Source of the DNA: a virus
IMG/VR virus record: IMGVR_UViG_3300035670_011224
Span: 32,001-96,000 of that record
Strand: one strand, 5' to 3'
DNA length: 64,000 nt
The position numbers and the translations under genes are program-made. Below the pieces are notes generated by a model. The model was given only the letters and a program-made list of their open reading frames with translations, had not been told where the DNA came from and searched no databases. Positions 41,727-52,292 of the stretch are shown piece by piece (position 1 is the first letter of the stretch; each line of letters opens with the position of its first letter).

Positions 41727-44663
41727 CTATAATACATATTCTAGTTTAGTAAAATTAATATTTGGATCAAAATCCCAAAAATAGTTTGGATTTTTATTGT
41801 GATTTAATTTGAGAAGTTTGTTTCCGGATAAGCAGCTATCTTTTAAGATAGTGTATAGTTGCTCATGTGTTAAGGGCTTATGAAATAGCGACTGTTGTCC
41901 TCTTTCATCTGCATGAATATCTGTTGCGCTCCATCCATAAATTCCTATGTGAGCGTGTCTATTCATTTCTGGCGCTATCGCTATAAGATTATGGGTATGT
42001 AGTATACGATTTATATCAAGATCTAATCCACATATTTCGTCTGATCTTATAGAATCATAAAATGATTTAATATATTTATAAAACTTAAATCTGCTAATTA
42101 CACAAGATCTTATAGATACATCGGATTTAACAATTTTATTTGGATTGCCTTTTGGTTTTTCCCAAGCGCCTATATGAAAATATAAGATATGGTCGTCTTT
42201 TCCAAGAGCTGCGTCGTGTAGTGCTAGTTCTTCGCACATTCTTAAATAATCTTTGCTAATTAATACATCATCTTCTCTAGTTATTACGTAATCATAATCG
42301 GTATTATCAAAAATATATTTAACACTATCATACCAACTATATTTACCACTATTTTTAGTCCAGTTTATTCTTTTATATTCGCTAGTAATTACCTTGTCGT
42401 AGTCTGATACTATACCATATTCTCTATGAGGATCAACAAAAATATACGTTTCAAAATTTTCAGAATTTTTAGCATTTTTTTGGTATTCTAAAGACAATTG
42501 TAACATAGCTGATCGGTCATAGTATGTGGGTATAACTATACATATTTTATCATGGCAAGTATTGTTTTTTATATAGTTTTTTAATTGATTATTTTTTATA
42601 ACATCTATAAATTTAAGTCTATTAATTTCTTGAAATCGCTTTGTTCCGTTCTCAATGTTCGTGCCAGCGCTAGATCCTTCGTTGTGAATAGCTATAGCTC
42701 TAGGTTCATATAAGGTATTTAAACCAAAGGAATGTCCTCTGTATTGTAATTCGCTATCCTCATAATACATAGGATAAAACGTAGTATTAAATACACCTAT
42801 TTTATTTATGGTTTCTCTTTTGATTAATAAAAAACATCCGGAACAATATCCAACATATTTAGGTATATTATATATGAGACTATTTGGATCATCATATCTT
42901 CCTATATTTCTACCAAATCCGTCTTCATACAATTCTGCCCCTGCTTCCGCTAATCTTCCATCAGGAAAAATAGTTTTACCGCCAACAAAACCAATATCTC
43001 CGGAAGAATATGCGGATGATACCATATGCGATAGCCAATCTTCTGATACTATTTCAATATCATCGTTAATCAATACTACATCAGAATTTTTATATTTTAT
43101 ATCTAGCATTACTTTATTATTTGGAATAATAAAAAATTCATTACTTTTATTTTTAATATAAGTAACTTTATTTTCTATGTTATTTTCTTTTAAAAAATCT
43201 CCTATAGAATTTTCTATTTGCTGTGTTGTGCTATTATCTGTAACTACTATATGATAATTTTTATAGCTTGTTTTTCTTATGATAGAAGATAGGCATTTGT
43301 ATAGTCGTTCTTTGTTATTAAAAGCAACAATACTGATCACCATATGTTTATCTTCTAATGTATTTTTTAAAACATCAATACTTCTTTGTGTAGACACTAT
43401 ATTATGTATATGTTTTTGTCCTAAACTTGCTATTTTTTGTTGTTCATTGATGTTGTTTTTATAGAAAGCACATAAACTTTTAACAAAACTATCGTTACTA
43501 GTACAAATAAATCCATTTACAGAGTCAGTAAGATTTATGCCCTCATTACCTATTGGCGACGTTATAATCGCTAGATTTGCCATAGCGGCATCGCATATTT
43601 TGCCTTTTATACCAGCACCCCAATTTAATGGGGCTAATAATACCGAACATTTTGAATATATACTGTCCAAATCAGGAACATGATCAGTAATAATTATCTG
43701 TTTATCATTATAAATATCAGAAGAAAAATTGATATTTTTACTATTAGGACCAACAATAAATAATTTTGGTTTTTGGTAAATAATATTTTTGTATTCTTTA
43801 GTTTCTTGAAAATTTTTATATATTTGAACAGCTTGTTGTGCGGCATCTATATTTGGGCGATGATCATAACTACCAACAAATAAAATATTATATTCTATTT
43901 TTTTTATATTTTTAGGATCATGAATATTACTAAGAATTTTGATATTATTATTATATCCTATTTCTTTTTGTAGAAATATTTTATCATCATTTGTAACAGT
44001 AAATATAACATTCGCTTTTTTATAAGTATTTATTTCTTTGTTTTTATTACTATATAATAGTTCGTCTGTGATATTTAATAATCCCGCATTTTTTCCTCTG
44101 TGTTCTCTAATCCAATGTATATCAACAGTATCAATAATAATTTTAATATTAGGATAATAAGATTTTACAATATCAACATATTGATCTGCTATATCATACC
44201 AAGAAAATATTGCATTGTTATATATAACATTATTATCAACTGCTTTTTTTAGATTTATATCAAAATATTTATCATTTTTTATATCTGGTAAATTAATTGT
44301 TATACCTAGTTGTTGTAATTTTTTAATATGATAATTTTTTTTATATCCATTACAAAAAAAAGATACGTTATATTTCAAATATAATTTTAGAATTGTGAGT
44401 ATTTGTAAAAGTCTATTACCTCCGCTGCTCATGTCGTAGTCTGGTGCGATTGGTGAAAAATAGAGCAGATTTTTTCCACTATTCCAAAATTCTGCATTAT
44501 TTTTTGTTTTATAATCTATATAACGTCTATTTTGTTTGATTCCAAAATTTAGATAGTGTTCTATACATGCTTTATCATTTGGTAATATTGATTGTATATC
44601 TTTGTTAATCTCAAAATATTTTTTAGGATTAAAGTTTATTGGTAACATGCTATAGTTAGTCAT
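41727..44663 (-). CDS. Multidomain glycosyltransferase (GT4 + GT2 + second GT-A)
   Basis: GT4 APLNWGAGIKGKI; GT2 LINDD..EAG..YCSGC..YYEDSE; C-terminal TREDD; N-terminal FNPKKY..HYLNFG motif. Confidence 0.88.
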   Translation of the reverse strand: MTNYSMLPINFNPKKYFEINKDIQSILPNDKACIEHYLNFGIKQNRRYIDYKTKNNAEFWNSGKNLLYFSPIAPDYDMSSGGNRLLQILTILKLYLKYNVSFFCNGYKKNYHIKKLQQLGITINLPDIKNDKYFDINLKKAVDNNVIYNNAIFSWYDIADQYVDIVKSYYPNIKIIIDTVDIHWIREHRGKNAGLLNITDELLYSNKNKEINTYKKANVIFTVTNDDKIFLQKEIGYNNNIKILSNIHDPKNIKKIEYNILFVGSYDHRPNIDAAQQAVQIYKNFQETKEYKNIIYQKPKLFIVGPNSKNINFSSDIYNDKQIIITDHVPDLDSIYSKCSVLLAPLNWGAGIKGKICDAAMANLAIITSPIGNEGINLTDSVNGFICTSNDSFVKSLCAFYKNNINEQQKIASLGQKHIHNIVSTQRSIDVLKNTLEDKHMVISIVAFNNKERLYKCLSSIIRKTSYKNYHIVVTDNSTTQQIENSIGDFLKENNIENKVTYIKNKSNEFFIIPNNKVMLDIKYKNSDVVLINDDIEIVSEDWLSHMVSSAYSSGDIGFVGGKTIFPDGRLAEAGAELYEDGFGRNIGRYDDPNSLIYNIPKYVGYCSGCFLLIKRETINKIGVFNTTFYPMYYEDSELQYRGHSFGLNTLYEPRAIAIHNEGSSAGTNIENGTKRFQEINRLKFIDVIKNNQLKNYIKNNTCHDKICIVIPTYYDRSAMLQLSLEYQKNAKNSENFETYIFVDPHREYGIVSDYDKVITSEYKRINWTKNSGKYSWYDSVKYIFDNTDYDYVITREDDVLISKDYLRMCEELALHDAALGKDDHILYFHIGAWEKPKGNPNKIVKSDVSIRSCVISRFKFYKYIKSFYDSIRSDEICGLDLDINRILHTHNLIAIAPEMNRHAHIGIYGWSATDIHADERGQQSLFHKPLTHEQLYTILKDSCLSGNKLLKLNHNKNPNYFWDFDPNINFTKLEYVL

Positions 44664-45354
44664 TATAATATAAACCTATTTTAAGATTATGATGAGATAC
44701 TATATATCCAAATATTCTTTCTAAAGAGTGAGTATACGTTCCGTGTTCTTCATTAATTTTATTTTTTTCATTTTTCAGATAAGACTCAAGTATCGAATAC
44801 TGCGGCAGTAATATTTGTTTAAACATATTAGTTTTACTAATAAAGGTTGATCCAGCAAAAAATGGACTATTTTTTAATTTAGTATAATTTAATTGTAGTA
44901 AATTACATAATGTTTTTATTTTATTTATATGTATAGATTTATCATTATTATGTAGTAAATATTTTTTATTTCCTATCATTCCTATTGTGGGCAATGATAA
45001 TGTTTTAATAGCGCGATCTACAATAGATGGTTTAAGTAAATGATTTAAATCATATCTCCAATTGGTATTTCCGTATCCCCATAAACTTTTTTTACTGTGT
45101 GTTTTTATAAAGAATGGTTCGGAGATAGCTTTTAACTGATATAAAAATGGTGCTATATCAGCTCCATAATTTTCATGGAAACTTAGAGAATAGTTCCAAG
45201 ACAAATTAGATAGGTCTTTTAGAATATGAGAAAAATTAGTATTAATACATAATCCTAAATATAATTTTATCTTATATTTTATATTTTCAATTAGTTCTTT
45301 ATACTCGTCCCATAAATCTGTATGATATAGATATAATGCTACAGCAATTTTCAT
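44656..45354 (-). CDS. Second RgpF-like protein
   Basis: NYGADIAPFL, KTHSKKS, FFAGSTF, HSLERIFG. Confidence 0.78.
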   Translation of the reverse strand: MKIAVALYLYHTDLWDEYKELIENIKYKIKLYLGLCINTNFSHILKDLSNLSWNYSLSFHENYGADIAPFLYQLKAISEPFFIKTHSKKSLWGYGNTNWRYDLNHLLKPSIVDRAIKTLSLPTIGMIGNKKYLLHNNDKSIHINKIKTLCNLLQLNYTKLKNSPFFAGSTFISKTNMFKQILLPQYSILESYLKNEKNKINEEHGTYTHSLERIFGYIVSHHNLKIGLYYND

Positions 45355-46931
45355 TACTGGTTAGTTGGTGTTTGGGTAATTGTTGGTGTTAATGTGGTGG
45401 TAGATGTTGGGGTTATTGTGGGTGTTAATGTGACGGTGGGTGTTGGGGTGGAAGTTTTTGTTACTGATGGAGTAGGAGTTTGTGATACATTCGGCATTTC
45501 TTTTACTAACATAATTTTATCATTGATACGTCCTTCTAAAATAAAACCCTTATATAATACTTTGATGTCATCATTACTATAAATATTAGGATTATATTGT
45601 AGTTGTCCAATTTTAAATGTATCACATAGAGCTTTAGTAGAAGTAGGAGTTGGAGTATATGTTGGTGTTGGTGTTGGCGTGTGAGAGGATGTAAAGCTTA
45701 CTGTGGGTGTTGGTGTTTGAGTTCTAGTAACCGTTCTAGTGGGTGTTTTTGTAGGTGTACGAGTAGGAGTTGATGTTTTTGTTTGAGTCGGAGTTTGAGT
45801 ATTTGTAACAGAAGGCGTGAGTGTGGGTGTTGGGGTAGCGCTTGCTGTAAGAGTTGTTGTTGTGGTTAATGTTGGTGTACAAGATGGAGTTAAGGATGGG
45901 GTTGTTGAAGGAGTGGGCGTTGGACTACTTGTTATACTTGGTGTGGGTGTTGGGCTAAGACATGCTCCAGGACTACCAAAAGTATTGTTTGCTATTCCAT
46001 TATTAACATTAACTGTTATAGAGTATGGTTCTGTGTCGCTTTGTGTAGCATATAGCCAATATCCACCTGTTCCATTTTTTGTTGGATCATAATAGGCTGC
46101 TTTTACCCACTCATCACGATCAGGAATCCAATAATATGTTTTATTTGAGGCTGTTGGTTTAACAAGAGGATTAGTGAAATTAAGAGAATATACCCCTGTT
46201 TCTGTCGAATTTACTGCTAGGCCACCGCTGTTAGGCTTGCTATTACTTAACCAATTAATATATCTAGCCGCGCTATACCAGTTAACAAAATTAACTGGTT
46301 TTTTAGCCATATTATCTTTAACAGTATATACTATAGGATTAGTACCTGTTACTACTATACCACCTCGAATATTTGTGGTCATAGAACCTATATATGGCCA
46401 TATACTATTAGCTGGTACCGCCAAAGCATTATTTAAAGCAGGAACTCTTGCCACATTATTTAAAAATAAGACATATTCTTCATTTGTTATAGTAAATTTA
46501 GATATTTTATATTCATAATTAACTTGTCCAAGATCATCTCCATAATGATTTCTATTTGTGTCTCCAATATTAGAACCAGATACTGTTACAAAGTTACTAT
46601 CTGAGATACCAGAATTTGCACAAACTCTAAATCCGAATCCTGGTCCTGTGTTTCTTATATCTATAGTGAAACCATCGATACTTATTAGGTCTACTAATCT
46701 TGAATTATAAGAACCGCCGTAATATAATATGCTTTGCGATGATGGTATTTGATAATCTATAATTTCCCATACATTGCCATTTTGATCGAATGTGCCATAA
46801 AAACTAGATTTGCCGTTTCCGCCAACACTTGTAATATTACCATTATTATCTATGGTTGATGGCCATAAAGCCGTACTATCATAGTTTGCACTATTACAAT
46901 TTCCTAATACAGAATATTCTGGAACACTCAT
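45354..46931 (-). CDS. Permuted FGE-sulfatase (CLec-fold) domain protein with Pro-Thr mucin-like tails
   Basis: YGTFDQNGNVWE..GFRV precedes YKISKFTITN..KPVNFVNWY.AARY.NWL..EWVKAAYY; PT repeats follow. Confidence 0.8.
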   Translation of the reverse strand: MSVPEYSVLGNCNSANYDSTALWPSTIDNNGNITSVGGNGKSSFYGTFDQNGNVWEIIDYQIPSSQSILYYGGSYNSRLVDLISIDGFTIDIRNTGPGFGFRVCANSGISDSNFVTVSGSNIGDTNRNHYGDDLGQVNYEYKISKFTITNEEYVLFLNNVARVPALNNALAVPANSIWPYIGSMTTNIRGGIVVTGTNPIVYTVKDNMAKKPVNFVNWYSAARYINWLSNSKPNSGGLAVNSTETGVYSLNFTNPLVKPTASNKTYYWIPDRDEWVKAAYYDPTKNGTGGYWLYATQSDTEPYSITVNVNNGIANNTFGSPGACLSPTPTPSITSSPTPTPSTTPSLTPSCTPTLTTTTTLTASATPTPTLTPSVTNTQTPTQTKTSTPTRTPTKTPTRTVTRTQTPTPTVSFTSSHTPTPTPTYTPTPTSTKALCDTFKIGQLQYNPNIYSNDDIKVLYKGFILEGRINDKIMLVKEMPNVSQTPTPSVTKTSTPTPTVTLTPTITPTSTTTLTPTITQTPTNQ

Positions 46932-46946
46932 TGATTATCCCGATTT

Positions 46947-47195
46947 TTATTTATTAACAAATTTATTATATAATATAAGGCTTAATATGCCACCAGCCAC
47001 GCCCATAAATATTCCTGATGGACTCAAACTATCATATGTTCCTAAAATATAAAGTATTGCGCCTCCCATATACGAGCCAGCAACACCAAGAGCAACAGTT
47101 TGAAAAAAACCTAATCGTAAATTAATAGGAACTATAGCTTTTGCTAAAGAACCAACAAATAAACCATAAACTATCCATATAAGCAGATTAAACAT
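46947..47195 (-). CDS. GlsB/YeaQ/YmgE (transglycosylase-associated) membrane protein
   Basis: WIVYGLFVGSLAKAIVP...TVALGVAGSYMGG; three hydrophobic segments. Confidence 0.8.
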   Translation of the reverse strand: MFNLLIWIVYGLFVGSLAKAIVPINLRLGFFQTVALGVAGSYMGGAILYILGTYDSLSPSGIFMGVAGGILSLILYNKFVNK

Positions 47196-47577
47196 TGGTA
47201 GCCTCCAGAAGTGTTAAGGATTCGTTATCATCGAGATTCTTACCAACTTCCATGATGGCATTTTTTAAACTAACTCCGTATTGTTGATATTGTTTTTTGC
47301 TCAAGTGTTGTTTTAATATTTTATTTAGTCTATAATTATTTAACCAGCTATCTTTAATAGTTAAATTAACTATAGTATGTCTTAAGTCTAAAGCTTCACT
47401 CATTTTATCGTTCTTGCGTCTTTTGCTTCTACATTCCTGAATTACTCTTATAAGACTTAGTATAACACCGATTACTATAATTATTGTTATAGGATCAAAA
47501 CCATAGTTATTATTTTTAATGTTTGCTTTGTCTATAACCTTTTGAGCAATACGTTCCAGATTAGGATCTACTTGCAT
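47188..47577 (-). CDS. Membrane-anchored hypothetical protein
   Basis: DPITIIIVIGVILSLI transmembrane segment. Confidence 0.55.
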   Translation of the reverse strand: MQVDPNLERIAQKVIDKANIKNNNYGFDPITIIIVIGVILSLIRVIQECRSKRRKNDKMSEALDLRHTIVNLTIKDSWLNNYRLNKILKQHLSKKQYQQYGVSLKNAIMEVGKNLDDNESLTLLEATNV

Positions 47578-47592
47578 ATTTTTGTCTTTCTA

Positions 47593-47823
47593 TTAAGGTA
47601 AACAATATCCACAATCAACCATTTTGATTCCGTCTCCACTCAAATATTTTCCACTTCCTTTACAAACTGGACACTCTTTTCTTTTGTATTTTTTAATTGG
47701 TTCATTACCTATATGTTTAACTATAGATCCGGATAAAATAACAGGAGCTGTTGATGATCCGTTATATTTTATCGAAGTAAAAAATAATGATACGAATAAA
47801 ATTGGTAATATTAATTTATTCAT
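47593..47823 (-). CDS. Signal-peptide protein with CxxCxGxG zinc-finger motif
   Basis: Hydrophobic N-terminus; CPVCKGSG...CGYC. Confidence 0.6.
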   Translation of the reverse strand: MNKLILPILFVSLFFTSIKYNGSSTAPVILSGSIVKHIGNEPIKKYKRKECPVCKGSGKYLSGDGIKMVDCGYCLP

Positions 47824-48001
47824 TTTTATCTCTTGGAAATAATCTTTTACGTTTTAATAGTGGTTTTGGAATAGGAGGAAAAGGATTTATATCATCCAAT
47901 TTATCTTTTTGTTTAGGTATTATTAGTTTTACTATATTTAGTATAAAATTAAGTATTATACTAATTAGTCTATTTAATGCTAACTTATCAAAAAAATTCA
48001 T
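47816..48001 (-). CDS. Small amphipathic/membrane protein
   Basis: 61 aa; hydrophobic helix and basic tail; preceded by TGGTGTATA. Confidence 0.5.
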   Translation of the reverse strand: MNFFDKLALNRLISIILNFILNIVKLIIPKQKDKLDDINPFPPIPKPLLKRKRLFPRDKNE

Positions 48002-48056
48002 AAAATAATTCCTTATTATGTAGTAATATACACCAAAGGTTAGGTTACTAAAATAT

Positions 48057-49520
48057 TTAAGAACAACTATAGTTACTATTTATTGGTCCATTACCATTAA
48101 CATCGGCAGTAACACATGTTGGATCGGTGTCACTTTGAGTGGCATAATTCCAGTATCCTGCGTTAGTACCGCGGCCTTTGTAATAAGCCGCTTTGTACCA
48201 TTCATTTTCACTAGGAATAAAATAGTTAGCATTAACATTACGAGTAATACTCACTCCAGAAGTTGCTCCATTTAGAGTATAAGCTCCGTCTTCGGTAGTA
48301 GTATTATCTTGGTTTCCAGAGGACTTACCATTATGTAACCAGTTGCAATATCTTGCACAATCAAACCAGCTAACATAAACTACGGGTTTGTTCCCCATAT
48401 TGGTCTTAACGGTGTAGGTATAGCTTCCGCTAGAACCAGATCGAGTTATGCCGCCTCTAGCACCGCTATCCATATTTGTATTGTATAAATTGTAAGTATC
48501 AGTACTCGCTACTGCGTTAAGAAATTCCGCATACTCACAATTGGTAACATGATATTGAGCAATACTATACACATAGTTTACGATTCCATAACCAGTACTA
48601 TCAGCACTATTATAAACATCACCAACACTAACAAAATATGAAAGAGATAAAGGGTTAAGGGAACTTGCAAGACGAAAACCGAGGTAGATGTTTTCAACCA
48701 ACGGGAGGTCTGCGGCACTACTGGAGGACGACACGCTGGACGCGCTGGCGACCCCCCAGTTGCCGCCCCGAGCAACACGAGACGAGCCTGTAATAGCTTC
48801 GGTCCAATTCCACACATTTCCGCTCTGGTCATATGTTCCATAAGCACTTGGCCCGCCATTACTTCCAACGGTTGTAACATTACCATCTTGACCATTCCAA
48901 TCAGCGCAAATGTTAAAATTAGCACTATTGGCCCCTATTGGAAAAGGCGGAAGTGTTGGCGTAGGGGTTATCGTTGTAGTAGGAGTTGGCGTAATGGTGT
49001 TGGTTGGCGTGTTAGTAGGCGTAATGGTGTTGGTTGGCGTGTTAGTAGGCGTAATGGTGTTGGTTGGCGTAATGGTGTTGGTTGGCGTAATAGTATTGGT
49101 TGGCGTAATAGTGTTGGTAGGTGTAATAGTTGAGGTCACTGTATTTGTTGGAGTAACGCTATTTGTTGGAGTAGGAGTATTCGTCTCGGTAGTAGTTGGT
49201 GTTGCTGTAGGTGTTGATGTAGCCGTATTAGTCGGAGTAACTGTTGGTGTAGCCGTATTAGTCGGAGTAACTGTTGGTGTAGCCGTATTAGTCGGAGTAA
49301 CTGTTGGTGTAGCCGTATTAGTCGGAGTAACTGTTGGTGTTGTTGTTGGAGTAATACTACTGGTAGGAGTAACGGTGTTTGTTGGAGATACCGATGGCGT
49401 AACCGACGTTGTCGGGGTAATAGTTGGAGTTGTGCTATTTGTCGGAGTTATACTCGGCGTGATCGTCGGCGTGGGGGAAGGTATGATAGGACAACATTTA
49501 ATATTAACAATATTTTTCAT
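48057..49520 (-). CDS. Pro-Thr stalk plus permuted FGE-sulfatase (CLec-fold) domain; putative adhesin
   Basis: ~180 aa of PT repeats, then [22 protein letters not shown] followed by [32 protein letters not shown]. Confidence 0.82.
   Translation of the reverse strand: MKNIVNIKCCPIIPSPTPTITPSITPTNSTTPTITPTTSVTPSVSPTNTVTPTSSITPTTTPTVTPTNTATPTVTPTNTATPTVTPTNTATPTVTPTNTATSTPTATPTTTETNTPTPTNSVTPTNTVTSTITPTNTITPTNTITPTNTITPTNTITPTNTPTNTITPTNTPTNTITPTPTTTITPTPTLPPFPIGANSANFNICADWNGQDGNVTTVGSNGGPSAYGTYDQSGNVWNWTEAITGSSRVARGGNWGVASASSVSSSSSAADLPLVENIYLGFRLASSLNPLSLSYFVSVGDVYNSADSTGYGIVNYVYSIAQYHVTNCEYAEFLNAVASTDTYNLYNTNMDSGARGGITRSGSSGSYTYTVKTNMGNKPVVYVSWFDCARYCNWLHNGKSSGNQDNTTTEDGAYTLNGATSGVSITRNVNANYFIPSENEWYKAAYYKGRGTNAGYWNYATQSDTDPTCVTADVNGNGPINSNYSCS
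49221..49340. repeat. Four perfect 30-bp tandem repeats ([10 protein letters not shown])
   Basis: agccgtattagtcggagtaactgttggtgt at 49221, 49251, 49281 and 49311. Confidence 0.95.
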
Positions 49521-49807
49521 GATGATGCTAAAGGAATATTGCTTAATTGTCCTTCTATAGTAGTTAGTCTACTATCCAATGTTTGTAATTGAATATTGAG
49601 TAATGTAGAAGTTTGTTCTAGTGTGGTATTTAACAGATTGAAAGTATTGATGGAGGGCACGGTGTCAACGGGTTTTGAATACGGAAATTCTACTATAACT
49701 AAAGATGGAGGACTAGTGTCTTGATTAATAGCCCATACTTGGTACTCTGGTAATGGAGGTAAACTAAATGGTAGTCCACTTATACTTATTAGTCTTGGTA
49801 AATTCAT
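49517..49807 (-). CDS. Hypothetical protein with C-terminal coiled coil
   Basis: [15 protein letters not shown] heptads; ATGA-coupled to the adhesin gene. Confidence 0.55.
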   Translation of the reverse strand: MNLPRLISISGLPFSLPPLPEYQVWAINQDTSPPSLVIVEFPYSKPVDTVPSINTFNLLNTTLEQTSTLLNIQLQTLDSRLTTIEGQLSNIPLASS

Positions 49808-49827
49808 AATAAACTCATATTATATAT

Positions 49828-51774
49828 TTATGAAGATAAATAATCAAAACCATAGTCTGGTAATTTTTGTAATGGAAATCCATCAAAGTCACTAAAAGCG
49901 TATGCTCCATTACCTTTTAACATACCGGCTGCTACATCTGCTTTTATTAAAAATGATCCGTTTGGAATAGTGTCCCATTCAGGATGTCCTCCAGAGTTCC
50001 AACTATTCCCACACCAAACAGCCCTTCCGTTTCTTCTAACATACATAATATGATTAGGAATAGTAGCACAATATATTTTACCATTATAAGGTAATAATAT
50101 TGGTTTTGTTCCATTATGTTCTCTTGGTGTTAGTGAAATTTCTTTTATATTAAGTCTATATTCTTTATGTCTAGTTATATTTTTATGACCATTTTTTCCA
50201 TTATCTCTACCAATACGATCAACCTCTATTATATCTGCGGCTAATCCTATTTTTAGTATTAGTTCTTGCATATCATCTGCTAGTTTTTTTGAGGATGTAT
50301 AATAATTAATTTTACCATTAGACCTAGAACCGTCTCCTAGCATCATAGCATCAAAAAATATTTTTTGTTGTCTTGATGACAAATTTTTTATATAGTCTGG
50401 GATATATTTTTGATGAGCTTTACCATAAATTTTCAATTTATTATATAAGTTTTTGTCATAAGACACCATATTCGAAGAAAATCTAAATGGTAGCTTATTT
50501 ATACAATTTTGTATTATTTCTCTTGATTCTTTTTTATTCTGACTTATACCAACTAATCCATAATATTTAATATCTCCATTAGACATTACTTTTTTATGAT
50601 TACAAGTATGTCCTTCAGAAATAAAATATCCTAAAAATTCTAACCATAAGTCCATAGATATAATATTTGAGCCTATTTTTATATTCTCGACTTCTTCTCC
50701 TTTCCATTTTGCATTTTTTTTAATATGAATATATTTAGGGCAATTTTGTGATTCTATTAATTGCCAAGAATCAATTCTATCTAAATCAGAATTTAACTTA
50801 CCAATATACATATTATGATTATCTGTAACCAATAAATCTACTCCTCTAAAATGATAATGATTTAAATAGCCATTATAATCATACTCAAATTTTTGTTGAA
50901 TTTGTTGCCACTCTAAATAATGATTATTGGGATTTAATGTTGCTAATATGTCAGTGTCTGTTAAGTTTTTAAATAATTTCCATCCTGTTTTAGTAAGCAC
51001 TTCAGTATCGTCTGAATAACAACCCCAACTATTTTGTACTAAAAACGCTGGTTCACTACCAGTATCATCACAAGCAATCCAGGCCATAGCGTGAGCCCAA
51101 GAACCTTGTGGTTTAGCAAAACCCTTATTATCTCTTTTATTACTAAAACCATACATACTACAAACACTAATACCATAACCATTAGCTAAGGCATCTCGTG
51201 CTTCTTCTACTGTTCTTACTAAACTAACAGTTTTTACTTGATGATCATTAGCTAAATCTATAACTTTATCTGGTAGTCCTCGTCCTCCCCAACCAGCACC
51301 TAGCATACCTTGATATTTTGTTAAATCTATAACACCCTTATAATCTTTTCTGACTAAAACTCCACCATACTTACTTACAAATTCTGCTGCTCTAGCACAA
51401 CTCATACCCTGACCACCATGTCCTCTTGCTCCATAAATAGCTTCTGTTGCTCCTCTTGCTATCCATGCTTCTCTATTTCTCTTAACATCTATTTCTACAG
51501 CACGAGTAACATCTACCGCATTACGGGTAGAGTGGCTAACACAGTCACTCGTCACCTGACGCTCATTATATGGATTCTTATCAAACTTCAAAACACTTTT
51601 GTATGGAGTAGATAGTTTACCCTTGCCTGTCCCAACTATTCTTTTTGCTCCATCACCAAAATAAGCATATTTAGAAACTTCTAATAAATGATCAAAAATA
51701 TGCTGTTCCCACAAGCACCCTTGAAATCCATCCTTATAAAGTTTGTATAATTGTTCTGGTGAGTATCTAGCCAT
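49828..51774 (-). CDS. Papain-like (C1A-type) cysteine peptidase containing an intein
   Basis: Q..SDCVSH (catalytic Cys), WAHAM (His), VQNSWG (Asn); intein directly after QNSWG. Confidence 0.85.
   Translation of the reverse strand: MARYSPEQLYKLYKDGFQGCLWEQHIFDHLLEVSKYAYFGDGAKRIVGTGKGKLSTPYKSVLKFDKNPYNERQVTSDCVSHSTRNAVDVTRAVEIDVKRNREAWIARGATEAIYGARGHGGQGMSCARAAEFVSKYGGVLVRKDYKGVIDLTKYQGMLGAGWGGRGLPDKVIDLANDHQVKTVSLVRTVEEARDALANGYGISVCSMYGFSNKRDNKGFAKPQGSWAHAMAWIACDDTGSEPAFLVQNSWGCYSDDTEVLTKTGWKLFKNLTDTDILATLNPNNHYLEWQQIQQKFEYDYNGYLNHYHFRGVDLLVTDNHNMYIGKLNSDLDRIDSWQLIESQNCPKYIHIKKNAKWKGEEVENIKIGSNIISMDLWLEFLGYFISEGHTCNHKKVMSNGDIKYYGLVGISQNKKESREIIQNCINKLPFRFSSNMVSYDKNLYNKLKIYGKAHQKYIPDYIKNLSSRQQKIFFDAMMLGDGSRSNGKINYYTSSKKLADDMQELILKIGLAADIIEVDRIGRDNGKNGHKNITRHKEYRLNIKEISLTPREHNGTKPILLPYNGKIYCATIPNHIMYVRRNGRAVWCGNSWNSGGHPEWDTIPNGSFLIKADVAAGMLKGNGAYAFSDFDGFPLQKLPDYGFDYLSS
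50005..51021 (-). mobile_element. Intein (339 aa) with LAGLIDADG endonuclease
   Basis: CYSDDTEVLTKTGW; VTDNHNM; FLGYFISEG and MMLGDGS; ends VRRNGRAVWCGN/S. Confidence 0.92.
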
Positions 51775-52292
51775 TATTTACTACCCTCATAAAAAGCCCA
51801 TGCTAAACCATTAAAAGCTTCTACGGCCTTTTTCCTAAGTTCAGGATCTAGGGCTACATTATCGTCTCCGATATGCTGTACAACAACATAAGTAGCGGCC
51901 TGCGTTAGATCAGGATATTTACCCTTAAGATCAAGATTATAAAAAGCTCCAGCTATTTTATTAGCTTCTCTAATTTCATCGGTATTTTTAATTACTTCAT
52001 TTTCACCATCTAGTTCTATTAGTCTTGCCAAGTCAGAGAATAATCCGCTTAATTTCACACCATCAACTGATCGATCCGAGCTTCCGGATTTTAGGATCTC
52101 GGTTACTTTTTCACAATTATCCTTTAGTAACGGATCCAACGGAGCTAATACCGATGGAATATGATTTATTGGATTGGTGGATAGATTATTTTTAATAACT
52201 GGTCCAAGTAATCCGTATGTTAATAATAGTCCTCCAATAACTAGAACTATTATATTGGTATTTTTAATATTCATTTTGTCTCCTGGCCGCAT
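51774..52292 (-). CDS. Membrane-anchored hypothetical protein
   Basis: N-terminal TM IIVLVIGGLLLTYGLL. Confidence 0.55.
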   Translation of the reverse strand: MRPGDKMNIKNTNIIVLVIGGLLLTYGLLGPVIKNNLSTNPINHIPSVLAPLDPLLKDNCEKVTEILKSGSSDRSVDGVKLSGLFSDLARLIELDGENEVIKNTDEIREANKIAGAFYNLDLKGKYPDLTQAATYVVVQHIGDDNVALDPELRKKAVEAFNGLAWAFYEGSK

